The translations under genes and the position numbers were made by a program. A DNA stretch of 64,000 bases from a virus (lineage: Duplodnaviria > Caudoviricetes), in the IMG/VR virus record IMGVR_UViG_2767802086_000001, positions 1 to 64,000 of that record; one strand, given 5' to 3'. The notes beneath the pieces were generated by a model. The model was given only the letters and a program-made list of their open reading frames with translations. It made no database searches and was not told the origin of the DNA. Position 1 is the first letter of the stretch. Every line of letters starts with the position of its first letter. Below, piece after piece: positions 37,999-47,947 of the stretch.

Positions 37999-38027
37999 GG
38001 GCCCGCCCTGTGGATCAGGGCGGGCCC
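37999..38027. terminator. Bidirectional terminator hairpin
   Basis: GGGCCCGCCCTG-tggat-CAGGGCGGGCCC between convergent genes. Confidence 0.7.
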
Positions 38028-38149
38028 GGCTGGTCGAGGTCACGCGTCGTCATCTTCGGTCTCGTACTCCCGCTCCCAGTAGTCGCGGTCCGCGCGTGCG
38101 GCCTGGGCGGGGGTTTCCTCCCATGGCGGGAGCGGAGCCGGCGGGGCGG

Positions 38150-38509
38150 TCACGGAGTTGCCTTCGGCTCGACGACTCCGAGGAGCGGACCTTTGAGGTC
38201 GTCGGCGAACACGAACTTCTTGCCATCCTCGTTCGTCCATACGCGGGCCATCGCGGCGTCGTGGAGGCGCTTCTCCAACTCGGCGACCCTGGTCTCGGCG
38301 CGCATCAGGTCTTCGGTTCGAGCCGCGAGAGCGGAGCCCAGGCCGCTTCCGACCGAGACCACCCGCTTGTTCGCGGCCTCAAGTTCCGCGATCCGCCTCT
38401 TCAGCGCAGCCGTGTCGTAGATGTATGCGCGCTCCACCTCGTCGAGTCGCGCCTGCAACCTGGAGACCACTTCGGCGGGAGACTGGGCGGGCTGGTTCGG
38501 AATCGTCAT
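38150..38509 (-). CDS. Coiled-coil hypothetical protein
   Basis: AAGGA RBS; RIAELE repeats. Confidence 0.65.
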   Translation of the reverse strand: MTIPNQPAQSPAEVVSRLQARLDEVERAYIYDTAALKRRIAELEAANKRVVSVGSGLGSALAARTEDLMRAETRVAELEKRLHDAAMARVWTNEDGKKFVFADDLKGPLLGVVEPKATP

Positions 38510-38665
38510 CAGGGTCCTTCCGGGGCTGGGTTGATGCTGGTGCTGACTACCGGGCGCGGCCGTGGTTCGGGTGCCTCGACGTGGTACGGGGCGAGTGCGC
38601 ACCACGCGGCGAGGACCGACAGGAGCAGGCACAGGCCGCTCGTGTGGGGCTTCATCGCAGGCTCC

Positions 38666-38941
38666 TTATCGGTTGAGGCCGGGCAGGTCGGCCCAGCTAT
38701 GGACGAGTCGCGGGTTGTGGGCGGCGAGCAGCTTGTTGGCCGTGGCCAGCCGGGTATGCAGTGCGCTGGCGGCTTCGAAGCGCACGCCTTGGGGGCAGAC
38801 AGCGAGGACGCGACCGGCGAGAAGCCGGCCCGCCAGTCCCGCCTCGGCGATGGCGTCACGCACCTTGGGCGGGAGGCTGCTGGCGGACAGGGCGGCGACC
38901 GCATCCGGGACGGGGACCGCGGTGCGCGGGAAGGTGATCAC
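38666..38941 (-). CDS. Hypothetical protein
   Basis: AGGAGG RBS. Confidence 0.6.
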   Translation of the reverse strand: MITFPRTAVPVPDAVAALSASSLPPKVRDAIAEAGLAGRLLAGRVLAVCPQGVRFEAASALHTRLATANKLLAAHNPRLVHSWADLPGLNR

Positions 38942-39401
38942 GGGGTGGCCTCCTAGTACCAGTGGCCTGCGTCGTTACGGCGGCGGACGTACATCTCGGA
39001 GTGCGTCCTCGTAGTGAGGTCGCTCTTCGGCAGCGGGCACCGGACTACGGCGCCCGCTCGCTCGGTGGCGATGACCTCACCGGGACCCGTGCACGTGACG
39101 TGCTGAACGCTGATCTGGTCACCTACGCGGAGACCGAGGAAGTCGGGCACTGGCGTCGAGGCGATGTTCCGCCGCCACCAGCCCACGCCTTCGGGGCGGT
39201 CGGGCTGGCAGGCATCGGCTCAAACAGATCGCCGGGCCGGTAGTCGTACACGTACCGGTCGTCCACCGCGTATGCGGTGAGAGCCAGGGTGGGGCTGTAG
39301 AGGTGCCCCCGGTCGAAGGCAGCCGGAACGCTGGAGATCGGGTAGTCGGGCACGGCGGGTCCTCCGGGGGTGAGCTGGGCGGCGACTGCGTTGAAGTTGG
39401 T

Positions 39402-39785
39402 CTATGCGCACCTCGCGAAGTCCGCGGCAACGAGGTGACGGGTGGCCTTGTAGGTGCTGAGCGCGACGTACAAAGCGGGGTCGGTGGGGCCGTAGACGTG
39501 GACATGGATCCACTTGCCGGTCGTCCGGTGCTGCGCCCAGACCTTGGCGGCGTCGGCGCCGAGGTGTGCGGCCCGGTAGGCCTTGGCGGTATGCCGGCCG
39601 AACCAGCTGCGGTGCCCGTCCTTCAGGTCGTCGGCGCCAAGGCGGTCGAGGAGGTCTCCGGTGCGGATGAGGTCGCCCTGCTCGACGGCGGCGGCGATGA
39701 GGCCGGAGCGGCACCGGTAGGCGAGGGCCTTCGTGGTCGTGCGGGCCGCGGTGTGGATCCGGCGGAGCTGGGCGGTGACGCGCAT
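39402..39785 (-). CDS. Hypothetical protein
   Basis: GAGG RBS, strong GC3 bias, divergent from HTH gene. Confidence 0.7.
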   Translation of the reverse strand: MRVTAQLRRIHTAARTTTKALAYRCRSGLIAAAVEQGDLIRTGDLLDRLGADDLKDGHRSWFGRHTAKAYRAAHLGADAAKVWAQHRTTGKWIHVHVYGPTDPALYVALSTYKATRHLVAADFARCA

Positions 39786-39829
39786 TGGTACCCCTCGACG
39801 TGGTGGCGCTTGGCGATGACTCCATCATG

Positions 39830-39897
39830 TAGCCCTATGCGTAGCCCTGTCAATAGGGCTACGCATAGGGCTTATGGTTGGCCTTACCGTAGGGCTA
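39830..39897. promoter_or_regulatory. Operator array (TAGCCCT/AGGGCTA) forming an 18-bp inverted repeat
   Basis: AGCCCTATGCGTAGCCCT-gtcaat-AGGGCTACGCATAGGGCT, containing a minus-strand TTGACA. Confidence 0.8.
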
Positions 39898-39918
39898 CAG
39901 TTGTGCCAAAATGAAGGC

Positions 39919-40185
39919 ATGGCCACCGACTACGAACCCAGCCCAGACGCAGCCGCCGTCTTCGCGGAATACAGGGAGCACTACGAAGGCGAGCGCGACC
40001 TCAAGCCCAAGATGCGCGAGCACGCCGCCCTGGAACTCAAGGCCGGCGCCACGGTCGGCCAGCTCGCAAAAGCCACCGGCCTCACCCCCGAGGTCTTCCG
40101 CCGCATGGCCCGCGACCTCGGCGTCGAACGTCGCCGCCCGCCAACTGTCGGCAAGCTCAAGCCCGACTCGGGGAGCAGCGCATGA
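39919..40185 (+). CDS. Small HTH DNA-binding protein (leaderless)
   Basis: GATVGQLAKATGLTPEVFRRMARDLG. Confidence 0.8.
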   Translation: MATDYEPSPDAAAVFAEYREHYEGERDLKPKMREHAALELKAGATVGQLAKATGLTPEVFRRMARDLGVERRRPPTVGKLKPDSGSSA

Positions 40186-40562
40186 CCGACGACCTGGTGC
40201 AGTTCCTCCGCGACCGCCTCGACGAAGACGAGCTGACTGCAAAGGCTGCCGATCCCGGCCTGGGCAACCTCCTCAGCCAGGTTGAGTACCTCGACGATGA
40301 GGTACAGGCAGATGAACGCCACATCGCCCGCCATGACCCGGCCCGCGTCCTGCGCGAGGTCGACGCCAAGCGGGGGATGATCGAGATCCACACGGTCGTC
40401 GGCGGCTTCGAGGACGAGGACATGACCGATCTCGGGCTGGGATGCAGCGAGTGCGGTTACTCGGCCGAGTACAGCGACCAAGGCGGCTGGTGCGACACGG
40501 TCAGACTGCTCGCCGTGCCCTACGCCGACCACGCGGACTATCAGCAGGAGTGGACGCCATGA
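40182..40562 (+). CDS. DUF6221-like protein
   Basis: DLVQFLRDRLDED...HIARHDPARVLREVDAKR...YADHADY..EW. Confidence 0.8.
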   Translation: MTDDLVQFLRDRLDEDELTAKAADPGLGNLLSQVEYLDDEVQADERHIARHDPARVLREVDAKRGMIEIHTVVGGFEDEDMTDLGLGCSECGYSAEYSDQGGWCDTVRLLAVPYADHADYQQEWTP

Positions 40563-40816
40563 CCGACGACATCGACGCCACAATCACCGCCGTGCTGATG
40601 CGCGCGCAGCAAGCCCGGGGCTTCGCCGAGTACTTCAAGGTCGGTGACCTTGTTCGCTTTCCGCTCGGCGTGCAGTGGAATCGTGAGCGCGACTACCGAA
40701 TCCACAAGATCTACAACAACGGCTTCGAGGTGGAATCCAACGGACACATTCAGAGCCACACGGACGAGGCCGCCCATCGTCTCGGGATGACGCACTCGCC
40801 GAATCAGGTGGACTGA
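40559..40816 (+). CDS. Hypothetical protein
   Basis: ATGA overlap with upstream gene. Confidence 0.6.
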   Translation: MTDDIDATITAVLMRAQQARGFAEYFKVGDLVRFPLGVQWNRERDYRIHKIYNNGFEVESNGHIQSHTDEAAHRLGMTHSPNQVD

Positions 40817-41072
40817 ACGGCCAACCTGCCCGATTCCTCCCCCTCCGCGCCCCTGCACCAGCCAGACTGCCGGTATGGGGGCGCGATTTGTTGTCCTGGG
40901 CGAGACCGAGGCGGAGTGCGCCGACGGTCTGGCCGAGCTGTGCGAGCAGCTGGGTGCGGTGCCGACGACCAGGCCATGCCAGGCGACGGGCGGCCGGTGG
41001 ATTGCCCGCGCCGTACCCAAGACGAAAGCCCCGGTCGAGGAAGGCCGGGGCTGATCGTCGCGGACGGGTCGC

Positions 41073-41582
41073 TCACTGCTTGTTGTTGGTCTTGGCCCAT
41101 ACGCCGCTGGTCTTGCTTTGGACGTTCCGCTGGTCGACGGGCCCGTTGTAGACGTTCGTGGTGACTCCGGAACGGGCACGGCTGATCGCTGCGCCAATCG
41201 CGGTGGCGAGCATCGCCGCGCCAGCGAACGGCAGGGTGACCATCAGGACGCCGTTCAGCGTGACCGAGGCGAGGCCCTGCAGGACCAGCCATGCGCCGCA
41301 GCCGATGCCGGTGACGCCAGTGCCGACGCCGATGGAGGCGACCGCGATTCCGGCTGCCCAGGCGGGCACGATCCGCTTGTCGTCCTGCTTCACGGGCGGG
41401 GTGTCGCCGATGCGCGGTCCGTCCTCCCACGATGGCAGGTCGGGGTTGTTGTAGGAGGTCGGCCGTTGTGCGCCGATCTGACTGATGGCGGTCATCATCT
41501 GGTTGGCGCGCTCGTTGATTACGGCGTCTCGGTGGGCCTGCCCGGCAGCGGGGGCGGCGGGCGGCTCGGGCAGGACGGTCAT
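41073..41582 (-). CDS. Two-TM membrane protein (Spd-like)
   Basis: Two TM helices and YNGPVDQR C-terminal motif typical of Streptomyces spread proteins. Confidence 0.7.
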   Translation of the reverse strand: MTVLPEPPAAPAAGQAHRDAVINERANQMMTAISQIGAQRPTSYNNPDLPSWEDGPRIGDTPPVKQDDKRIVPAWAAGIAVASIGVGTGVTGIGCGAWLVLQGLASVTLNGVLMVTLPFAGAAMLATAIGAAISRARSGVTTNVYNGPVDQRNVQSKTSGVWAKTNNKQ

Positions 41583-41596
41583 GGCGGTGGGTTCTC

Positions 41597-41863
41597 CTAT
41601 CGGTCGGTGTGATCAGCGGATGGGGCTTTGATCTGCTCGTTGAGCTCGGCAACCTCTGTGATCTTCTGGAGGATCGGGCCGAGGTCGAGGGTGAGCGTCA
41701 TGCGCGCGGGGGTGGCCTTGCGCAGGTCGATGCGGAGTTCCCTGCCGCCGGGGTCAAGCATGGCGAGGTGGGCATCGAGGAGCTTCTCGGCGGCCTCCAG
41801 CAGGGCGTAGATCTCCTGAGCGTTAGTGGCGGTGAACTCGTACTTGGGCGGGATGGCGGTCAC
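41597..41863 (-). CDS. Hypothetical protein
   Basis: AGGAG RBS, downstream of TraB. Confidence 0.6.
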   Translation of the reverse strand: MTAIPPKYEFTATNAQEIYALLEAAEKLLDAHLAMLDPGGRELRIDLRKATPARMTLTLDLGPILQKITEVAELNEQIKAPSADHTDR

Positions 41864-41878
41864 GGCGGTCTCCTGGAT

Positions 41879-43879
41879 CTAGGCGGCTTCGGCGAGTTCG
41901 GCGGAGTCGACAGGGATGTCGGCGTGGTTGGGGTGCGCCCAGATGCCGCGTTCTGTGTCCATGGCGCGGCCCTCCCGCTTGAGGCGGGTGAGCGCGCTCT
42001 TCACGGCGCCGAGGGTCAGGCGGGTCTCTTGGGCGATGGTGTTGCGACCGACGGGCCGTCCGCGCTGCAGGAGGAAGGTGTAGACGGTGTCGTCGGTGCC
42101 AGCCGGCGCTTCGGCCTCGATGGCGGCAGTGGCGGCGGCGATCGGGTCTGCGCTGCTGGCGACCGCGGTCGTGGCGGGGATGGCGTCGTCGGGCAGGCTG
42201 ACGGTCTCCCCGCGGAGGCGTGCGGCAAGTCGGTCGAGGCGCTCCGTGTAGGCCTTGCTGGTGCAGGCGGCCGCGGAGGCTTCGATGGTCGGGGTGGTGC
42301 CGGTGGTGGCCCAGTGGGCGGGGTCGCGGTCGAAGTGGGCACGGAACATCGCCTGGCGATTGTCGGGGCCCTTGATGTAGCCGAGTCCGGCCGTGCTGGT
42401 CTTGTCGGGCCAGTACATGGGCAGTGCAGATGGGTTGACGTCCCAGCCGGGCAGGCCGATGGAGTCGGTGAGCGTGCTAGCGGTACGGAACATGACGGTG
42501 TTGCCGGACTGCAGCTGCTCGCGGATGTCCGTGGACTCGGGTCCGGAGCCGTAGTAGTTGGACTTGGGGCCCTGGAAGACGAGGCGCAACTTGATGCCGC
42601 ATTTGCGGGCCATGAGCACGATCTCGAAGACGAGGTCGACGGCGCCTTGCAGCTTAAGGACTCGGTGGGCTTCGTCGATGGTGACGGAGATCAGCGGGTC
42701 AGGGTCGCCGACGACGAAGTGGTCCCGGCCGCGGAGCTTGCGCCCCTTGTGGTCGGTGAACTCGAGCAGTGAGTAGCGGGCGGACCGCTCGTACATGATC
42801 TTGCGGACCTCGTAGAGCATGGCGAGGCCGCCCTGGGCTGTGTCCTCGTACCAGTCGACGGACTCCCGCCAACGGGGCAGGGACTGGCCGCCCTGCGGGT
42901 CGCACACCCAGGAGACGATCCCGTTGTGGCGCTCCGTGCCGAGGAGCATGTCGAGGAAGCGGCTCTTGCCGCCGTCTGTTGCGCCGTACACGACGGAGTG
43001 CACCGGGCCGGACGGCTTCCAGAACGCGTAGTGCGCGGGCTCCCCGTCGTAGAAGATGCCGACTTGGGCCTGGCCGGTGGTCATGTCGAGGATCTGCGGG
43101 CCCGGGTGATCGGTGCCCTTCTGCAGCGGGTTGCGGTTGAAGACGGCGATGATCGCGCGGCGGGCGGACATCCCCACCGCCTTCTCGATCTGGATCATCT
43201 CGTCGGGGATGTCGAGGTCCCCCGCGATGTCGTTCATGGCGGACACTGCGCGGCGCCAGTTGCCCTTCTTCAGGACGATCACACCGGTCCAGCCGTAGTC
43301 GGTGGTGATGACGTTGACGAGCGTCGAGCCAGGCAGGGAGCCGTCGGAGCAGGCGACCTTGTCCTGCCAGGCCTTCATCTGCTCGGTGAGGTCGAGGACG
43401 GGCGCCGCAGTGCGCCGGCCGCGCCGCCACCAGTAGATGCCGTGACCAAGGCCCCAGGCGACGAGGAGCGCCGGGAAGGGGCTGTCGCCGATCTGCACGC
43501 CGCCGGTGGCGGCCATGGCGGTGACGAGGCCTCCTCCGCTGGTGGCGGCGGACACGGCGCCAATGAAGTCGTTGCGGGCCGGGAGCCTCTTACGGAGACG
43601 CTTCTTGCCGACACGGCCTTCCCAGCGGCCCCAAGCGGTGGTGACGACTGCGCTCGTGACGGTTGCGGCGACAGCGGTCTTCCAGCCGTCCGGAGCCGTA
43701 GCCAGGACGGTGCCACTGAGGGCGAGGGCGCTGGTGGCGTAGACGGGGGCCATGCCGCGGCGTGTGCGGTAGGCGAGGCGCATCGCGCGACGGGCCGGCT
43801 TCGTGGTCCGCTTCTTCTTCGGGCCAGCCGCGACGGGGGCTGCCGTGACGGTCTTCTCGGCGGTGATGGTCTGCGGCAT
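41879..43879 (-). CDS. traB: TraB-like FtsK/SpoIIIE DNA translocase
   Basis: N-terminal TMs, GATDGGKS Walker A, WVCDPQGG, TIDEAH Walker B, ARKCG, C-terminal winged HTH. Confidence 0.85.
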   Translation of the reverse strand: MPQTITAEKTVTAAPVAAGPKKKRTTKPARRAMRLAYRTRRGMAPVYATSALALSGTVLATAPDGWKTAVAATVTSAVVTTAWGRWEGRVGKKRLRKRLPARNDFIGAVSAATSGGGLVTAMAATGGVQIGDSPFPALLVAWGLGHGIYWWRRGRRTAAPVLDLTEQMKAWQDKVACSDGSLPGSTLVNVITTDYGWTGVIVLKKGNWRRAVSAMNDIAGDLDIPDEMIQIEKAVGMSARRAIIAVFNRNPLQKGTDHPGPQILDMTTGQAQVGIFYDGEPAHYAFWKPSGPVHSVVYGATDGGKSRFLDMLLGTERHNGIVSWVCDPQGGQSLPRWRESVDWYEDTAQGGLAMLYEVRKIMYERSARYSLLEFTDHKGRKLRGRDHFVVGDPDPLISVTIDEAHRVLKLQGAVDLVFEIVLMARKCGIKLRLVFQGPKSNYYGSGPESTDIREQLQSGNTVMFRTASTLTDSIGLPGWDVNPSALPMYWPDKTSTAGLGYIKGPDNRQAMFRAHFDRDPAHWATTGTTPTIEASAAACTSKAYTERLDRLAARLRGETVSLPDDAIPATTAVASSADPIAAATAAIEAEAPAGTDDTVYTFLLQRGRPVGRNTIAQETRLTLGAVKSALTRLKREGRAMDTERGIWAHPNHADIPVDSAELAEAA

Positions 43880-43948
43880 GGCGGCTGTCTCTCCTGTGAG
43901 TGCGAGGGGCGGGGCGGCCCCGGCAGGTAGCCGGGGCCGCGGGGGCGG

Positions 43949-44854
43949 TCAGGCGTCGGCGGTGTACGCCTGCTTGGAGGCCATCCGTCCGCCCTGGGCG
44001 GCGACGGCCTCCTGGATGTTGGAGTGGCGGTCGTGGATGTTCTTGGAGGACTGGGCAGCGAGGGCGGCGGCGTCGAGCGCGGCCTTCTGGTAGGCGAGGG
44101 CGGCGGCCTGGGCGGCGATCGCCAGGTCGCGGAGGGCGGACAGTTCGTCGAGCGAGCCGCCGTCGTCACCGAACTCCAGCGCGGTGGCCTGCTCGATCGC
44201 GGCCTCAATGGCGGCGAGCTCGTCCACGGTGCGCTGGGCGAGTGAGCTGACTTCCTCGGCGCTGACGTTCTTCTCGGAGGCGTAGCGGGCGACGAACGCC
44301 TTGAGCGTGTCGACGCCGGTGATCTCCTGGAGCTGGGCGATGGCCATGGTTCCTCCTGTGGTGGATGCGGTGGTGGGGTCGATCTCGGGGTCGTCGTTCT
44401 TGATCAGGACGAAGGCGCGGGACTCGGGGCCGGTCGGCTTCGGGTCGGCCGCCGGCTTTGTGGCGGTGGGAGCTTCAGCCGGCTTCGGGATGGTCGTGAT
44501 GGGGGTCTCGGTCTTGGCGGGGTCGGTCTTGGCGACGGGTGCGCCGTCCGGGCCGATGTCCTCGCCGATCGCCAGCTCGGGCTCCGGCTCGTAGCGGCCG
44601 AACTTGGTGGCGGCCCGCTTCTTCGCCTTGGGCCACTCGCGCTTCCAGCCGCGCATGAAGCCCCGCCAGAACGTTCCGGTGGCGGTCGCTCCTGTCGCCG
44701 TCCATGCCGCCAACTTGGCGCCGGTGCGGCGACCGTTCTTCTTGGCGGATTTGGCGATGCGCTTCTTGTGGTCCTTGGAGACGTCGGCCATGCCGTTCTC
44801 GATGCCGCGAGCGCAGGCGTAGGCGATGGCCAGCAGGATGATGAGTCCGAGCAT
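43949..44854 (-). CDS. Transfer-associated protein (N-terminal TM, C-terminal helical domain)
   Basis: Directly upstream of traB; strong internal RBS/ATG at 44347. Confidence 0.7.
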   Translation of the reverse strand: MLGLIILLAIAYACARGIENGMADVSKDHKKRIAKSAKKNGRRTGAKLAAWTATGATATGTFWRGFMRGWKREWPKAKKRAATKFGRYEPEPELAIGEDIGPDGAPVAKTDPAKTETPITTIPKPAEAPTATKPAADPKPTGPESRAFVLIKNDDPEIDPTTASTTGGTMAIAQLQEITGVDTLKAFVARYASEKNVSAEEVSSLAQRTVDELAAIEAAIEQATALEFGDDGGSLDELSALRDLAIAAQAAALAYQKAALDAAALAAQSSKNIHDRHSNIQEAVAAQGGRMASKQAYTADA

Positions 44855-44856
44855 GG

Positions 44857-45324
44857 TCAGCCCCCCATCAGCCACATGACGAGGGATCCGACCTGCGTGG
44901 CGATGAAGCCGAGCGCCTTGGACGCCCCTTCGCCAAGTACGCCGGGGATCATGACGGTGAGCGTGGGCGTGAACGCCGCGAGCAGTAGGGTGCGAGCCTT
45001 GACGCCGTTCACGAAGTCGCTGATCAGCCAGATCAGGGCGGCGAGGGCCAGCGCGAACGTGATCCCGAAGCCGGTCCACTCGCCTGCCAGCCCGTCAACG
45101 AACCCGTCGACGGCGGTTGTGGCCTGGTTGATGAGCTGGCCGACGGGGGTGGAGACGAGGCCGATGGATGCGGTCAGGACGAGCAGGACTTGAATCTGCG
45201 GGCTCTTGATCTTCGCGGTGAAGCGGTTGATCCATGGGAGCCGGTCGGCGACGTAGAGCACGCCGGCTGTTCCTAGGCAGGTTCCGCCTGTTGCGGCGGA
45301 GATCCCTGCGTCAATCATGGGCAT
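44857..45324 (-). CDS. Integral membrane protein (transfer/spread module)
   Basis: Multiple hydrophobic segments. Confidence 0.7.
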   Translation of the reverse strand: MPMIDAGISAATGGTCLGTAGVLYVADRLPWINRFTAKIKSPQIQVLLVLTASIGLVSTPVGQLINQATTAVDGFVDGLAGEWTGFGITFALALAALIWLISDFVNGVKARTLLLAAFTPTLTVMIPGVLGEGASKALGFIATQVGSLVMWLMGG

Positions 45325-45455
45325 TTTCGGGTTCCCCCTTGTGGTTACGGTGGGTTAGTGGTTTCCTCGCGTGCGCGCGGGCGCGAGCAGGCGCGTTGAG
45401 ATCTCGATGGCTCGCCCGGAACGGCTTGAGCCGTTCCTTGAGCCATTACGTTCGG

Positions 45456-45692
45456 TTAGGTGTCGGCGATGGACTGGCGAAGCTGGTCGAGGAGCTGGAC
45501 CGCCTTGCTGGCGGCGTCCGCCCGTTCGGCTTCGGGGAGGCGAGCGATCACCGCCCGGAGTTGATCGACCGCCACGGGAAGGGTCGTCAGAGGGCCTTGC
45601 TGCTCGGCGGACTTGCGGCGATCACCCATGTGCTGGGCGGAGCGCGCCTGCCGGGCAGCGAGTCGGGGGCGGCGGGTTCGAGTGATGGTCAT
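45456..45692 (-). CDS. Hypothetical protein
   Basis: GAGG RBS, coupled to Spd-like gene. Confidence 0.6.
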   Translation of the reverse strand: MTITRTRRPRLAARQARSAQHMGDRRKSAEQQGPLTTLPVAVDQLRAVIARLPEAERADAASKAVQLLDQLRQSIADT

Positions 45693-45699
45693 CGCGTCC

Positions 45700-46785
45700 T
45701 CAGTCGTTCAGGGCGGGGAGGTCGATGCGGTCGAGGATTTCGGTGCGGATGTTCTTCGCCGACGAGTCGGAGGGCCGGCCGTGGCCTGCCTGGCTGATCG
45801 CGTCGGCGAACTCGCTCGCGGTCGGGTTGCGCTTCAGCCGCTTGAACTCGGCGTGGAAGATCGGCTCGGCGAGCGCCACCCACTCGGCCATCGACCGTCG
45901 CGGGGCCTTCTCGGCGGCCGGCTTCTGGCGCAACTTGGCGGGGGCCTTCTTGGCGACAGCTGCCGTCTTCTTGGCGGGTGCTTCTGTCGCCTTCTTGGCG
46001 GCGCCAGAAGTGGCGTTCTGGCGCTCGTTCTGGCGGTCGCTTTTGGCGGGGGCGTTGTCGCCAACTGGCGGCACGACCGGAGCCAACTTGGCGGGCGCTT
46101 CCTGGCGGGGCGCTGTCGCCAGAACGGGTACCGCCGCGGTCGCCTGCTGGCGGTCACTGCGGCGCTGGCTCGGCTCGCGCTTGGCCTTCGCCGGGGCGGT
46201 GATGGTGTGCATGCGCCAGAGGATCAGCGAGGCGACCGAGGCGACGATGGCGATCAGCCACCACTTCGGGTCGGTCTTGCCGTCGTGGCCCGGGTCGACG
46301 CCGAAGAGTCCGGCGTCGGCCAGGTGGTAAATGACGTTGGCGGCGATGGTGAGGCCGATCGCCTGCATGACGTCGCGGTGCCGACGGAAGGCCTGGATGA
46401 CGTACACGTCGATCACGAGCGGCAGGAGCCAGGCCACGCCCCCGTCGAAGCCGACCATCCTGGCGAGCTCGAACTCTCCGCTCGCGGTGAGACCGACAGC
46501 ACCGGCGATGACGGCCCGGGCGGACCAGGTGTCGAGGTTGTCGTCGCGCTTCTGGCGCTTGGCGGTCTCGGCATTGGCCGCTTCGCGAATCTGGTCGGCC
46601 TCGCCATTGGCGGAAGCGAGGACCCGGGTGCGCAACCCCTGCGCCTCTGCAGCGGCGGTCTCGCGGATCTCCCTCGCGTCGGCCTTGGCCGCGGCAAGGA
46701 GCGTGTCGGCCTCAGCCTGTGCTGCGGCGGCGTGCTCGTCAGGGCGGGGCAGCGGCAGGGGGTGGAAGTCGTCGGGCGAGAACAC
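45700..46785 (-). CDS. SpdB/DUF2637-like spread protein
   Basis: Coiled coil, TASGEFELARMVGF...AWLLPLVIDVY TM block, low-complexity linker, C-terminal HTH-like region. Confidence 0.78.
   Translation of the reverse strand: MFSPDDFHPLPLPRPDEHAAAAQAEADTLLAAAKADAREIRETAAAEAQGLRTRVLASANGEADQIREAANAETAKRQKRDDNLDTWSARAVIAGAVGLTASGEFELARMVGFDGGVAWLLPLVIDVYVIQAFRRHRDVMQAIGLTIAANVIYHLADAGLFGVDPGHDGKTDPKWWLIAIVASVASLILWRMHTITAPAKAKREPSQRRSDRQQATAAVPVLATAPRQEAPAKLAPVVPPVGDNAPAKSDRQNERQNATSGAAKKATEAPAKKTAAVAKKAPAKLRQKPAAEKAPRRSMAEWVALAEPIFHAEFKRLKRNPTASEFADAISQAGHGRPSDSSAKNIRTEILDRIDLPALND
45925..46152. repeat. Dense YTGGCG hexamer cluster (candidate clt/TraB-binding region)
   Basis: About 12 direct and 3 inverted copies in about 230 bp, in different codon frames. 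Confidence 0.55.
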
Positions 46786-46829
46786 GGGCCCTCCTCTCGG
46801 GTGGGATGGTGGCGACAGGGCGGGCGGGG

Positions 46830-47111
46830 TCAGGCGGCCTGGTCGAAGCGCCCGGACAGGGCGTCGAGCTCGTTGAGCTCGTCGATGAGGCGCGGGCCGA
46901 AGCGCTGGGCGGCGTCGTGCTCCTTGGCCAGGCCTCGCAGCCAGTGCCGGGTCCCGGAGTCACCGCGAGCGGCGATGTACCGGGTGACGATCTCGCTGGG
47001 CTCGATCCCGTCCGCCTCCTCTCGTGCGAGGCCGATGTCGGCGACGAGGATCCGCTTGCGGAGGTCCCGGATGTCGGCGGAGAACGTGGCGAAGTCAGCG
47101 TTGAACAGCAT
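46830..47111 (-). CDS. Hypothetical protein
   Basis: 93-aa ORF with GC3 bias. Confidence 0.6.
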   Translation of the reverse strand: MLFNADFATFSADIRDLRKRILVADIGLAREEADGIEPSEIVTRYIAARGDSGTRHWLRGLAKEHDAAQRFGPRLIDELNELDALSGRFDQAA

Positions 47112-47203
47112 TGGGGTGCCCTTCGATCGGTACGTGGATGAGGTGGAGAGCCGCGGTCGCGAGGGAGCTGGGGGCTCGCCGCGCGACCGCGGCGGTATGG
47201 GGG

Positions 47204-47536
47204 CTAGCGGCGGCGAGCGGCCTCTTCGCCGATGTCATGGACGTCGAGCCCCAACGTCGAGGCCTCGTCCTGCAGTCGGTGCGACTCGGCTACGGCCGCC
47301 TGCCAGAACCGGTCGCCGGTGTGGTCCTGCCCCTTGGCGTTGAGGTCGGCGGCGATGCGGAGGCACACGTTCATCTGGTCGGCCGCGGCGCCGAGCGCGC
47401 TGGCGGTACGGGCACGGTCGGCAATCTGGCTCTGCAGCCAGGCGGGCGTTCCGGGCATGACGGTCTCCTTGATGCGGTGGGCGGCGACGTGGATGGGGTG
47501 GAGTACCGCGCCCGTGCCGGGGCTGGGGGTGGTCAC
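47204..47536 (-). CDS. Hypothetical protein
   Basis: ORF in a minus-strand operon; start uncertain (alternative ATG after AGGAG near 47460). Confidence 0.55.
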   Translation of the reverse strand: MTTPSPGTGAVLHPIHVAAHRIKETVMPGTPAWLQSQIADRARTASALGAAADQMNVCLRIAADLNAKGQDHTGDRFWQAAVAESHRLQDEASTLGLDVHDIGEEAARRR

Positions 47537-47722
47537 CGGCGCAGGCGCGGCGATCTGTGGGTTAGCGGCGGGTGCGCTGCTGGCGGGCGAACGTGGCGCG
47601 GGATTCCGCGGCGGACTCGTAGTCGCGGCGGCAAGCGGCGATCGTGGCCGGCTCTTCGACGATGCTGCTCGGCTTGGGGGGCTTGGTCGCCTTGTCGGCG
47701 ACGCCCCGGTCGCGGAGCACGG

Positions 47723-47947
47723 TCACCGCTCCGAGAGCTGAGCGAGCTCGGCCTGCGCCTGCGCCAGCTGGTCGAAATCGGCCGGCGTCATGGTGCGGGC
47801 GTCCATCGCGGACAGACGGGCGATCTCGTCCCGGCAGATCCTGGTGCGGACCGAAACCCGGTCGGTGGTGCGGACGTGCGACGCGGCAGCGTGGGCGTCG
47901 GTGTCCGTGGACGTCATCGGGAAGGCGGGAGCGATCGAGGGGGTCAT
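47723..47947 (-). CDS. Hypothetical protein
   Basis: Overlapping start/stop chain. Confidence 0.5.
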   Translation of the reverse strand: MTPSIAPAFPMTSTDTDAHAAASHVRTTDRVSVRTRICRDEIARLSAMDARTMTPADFDQLAQAQAELAQLSER

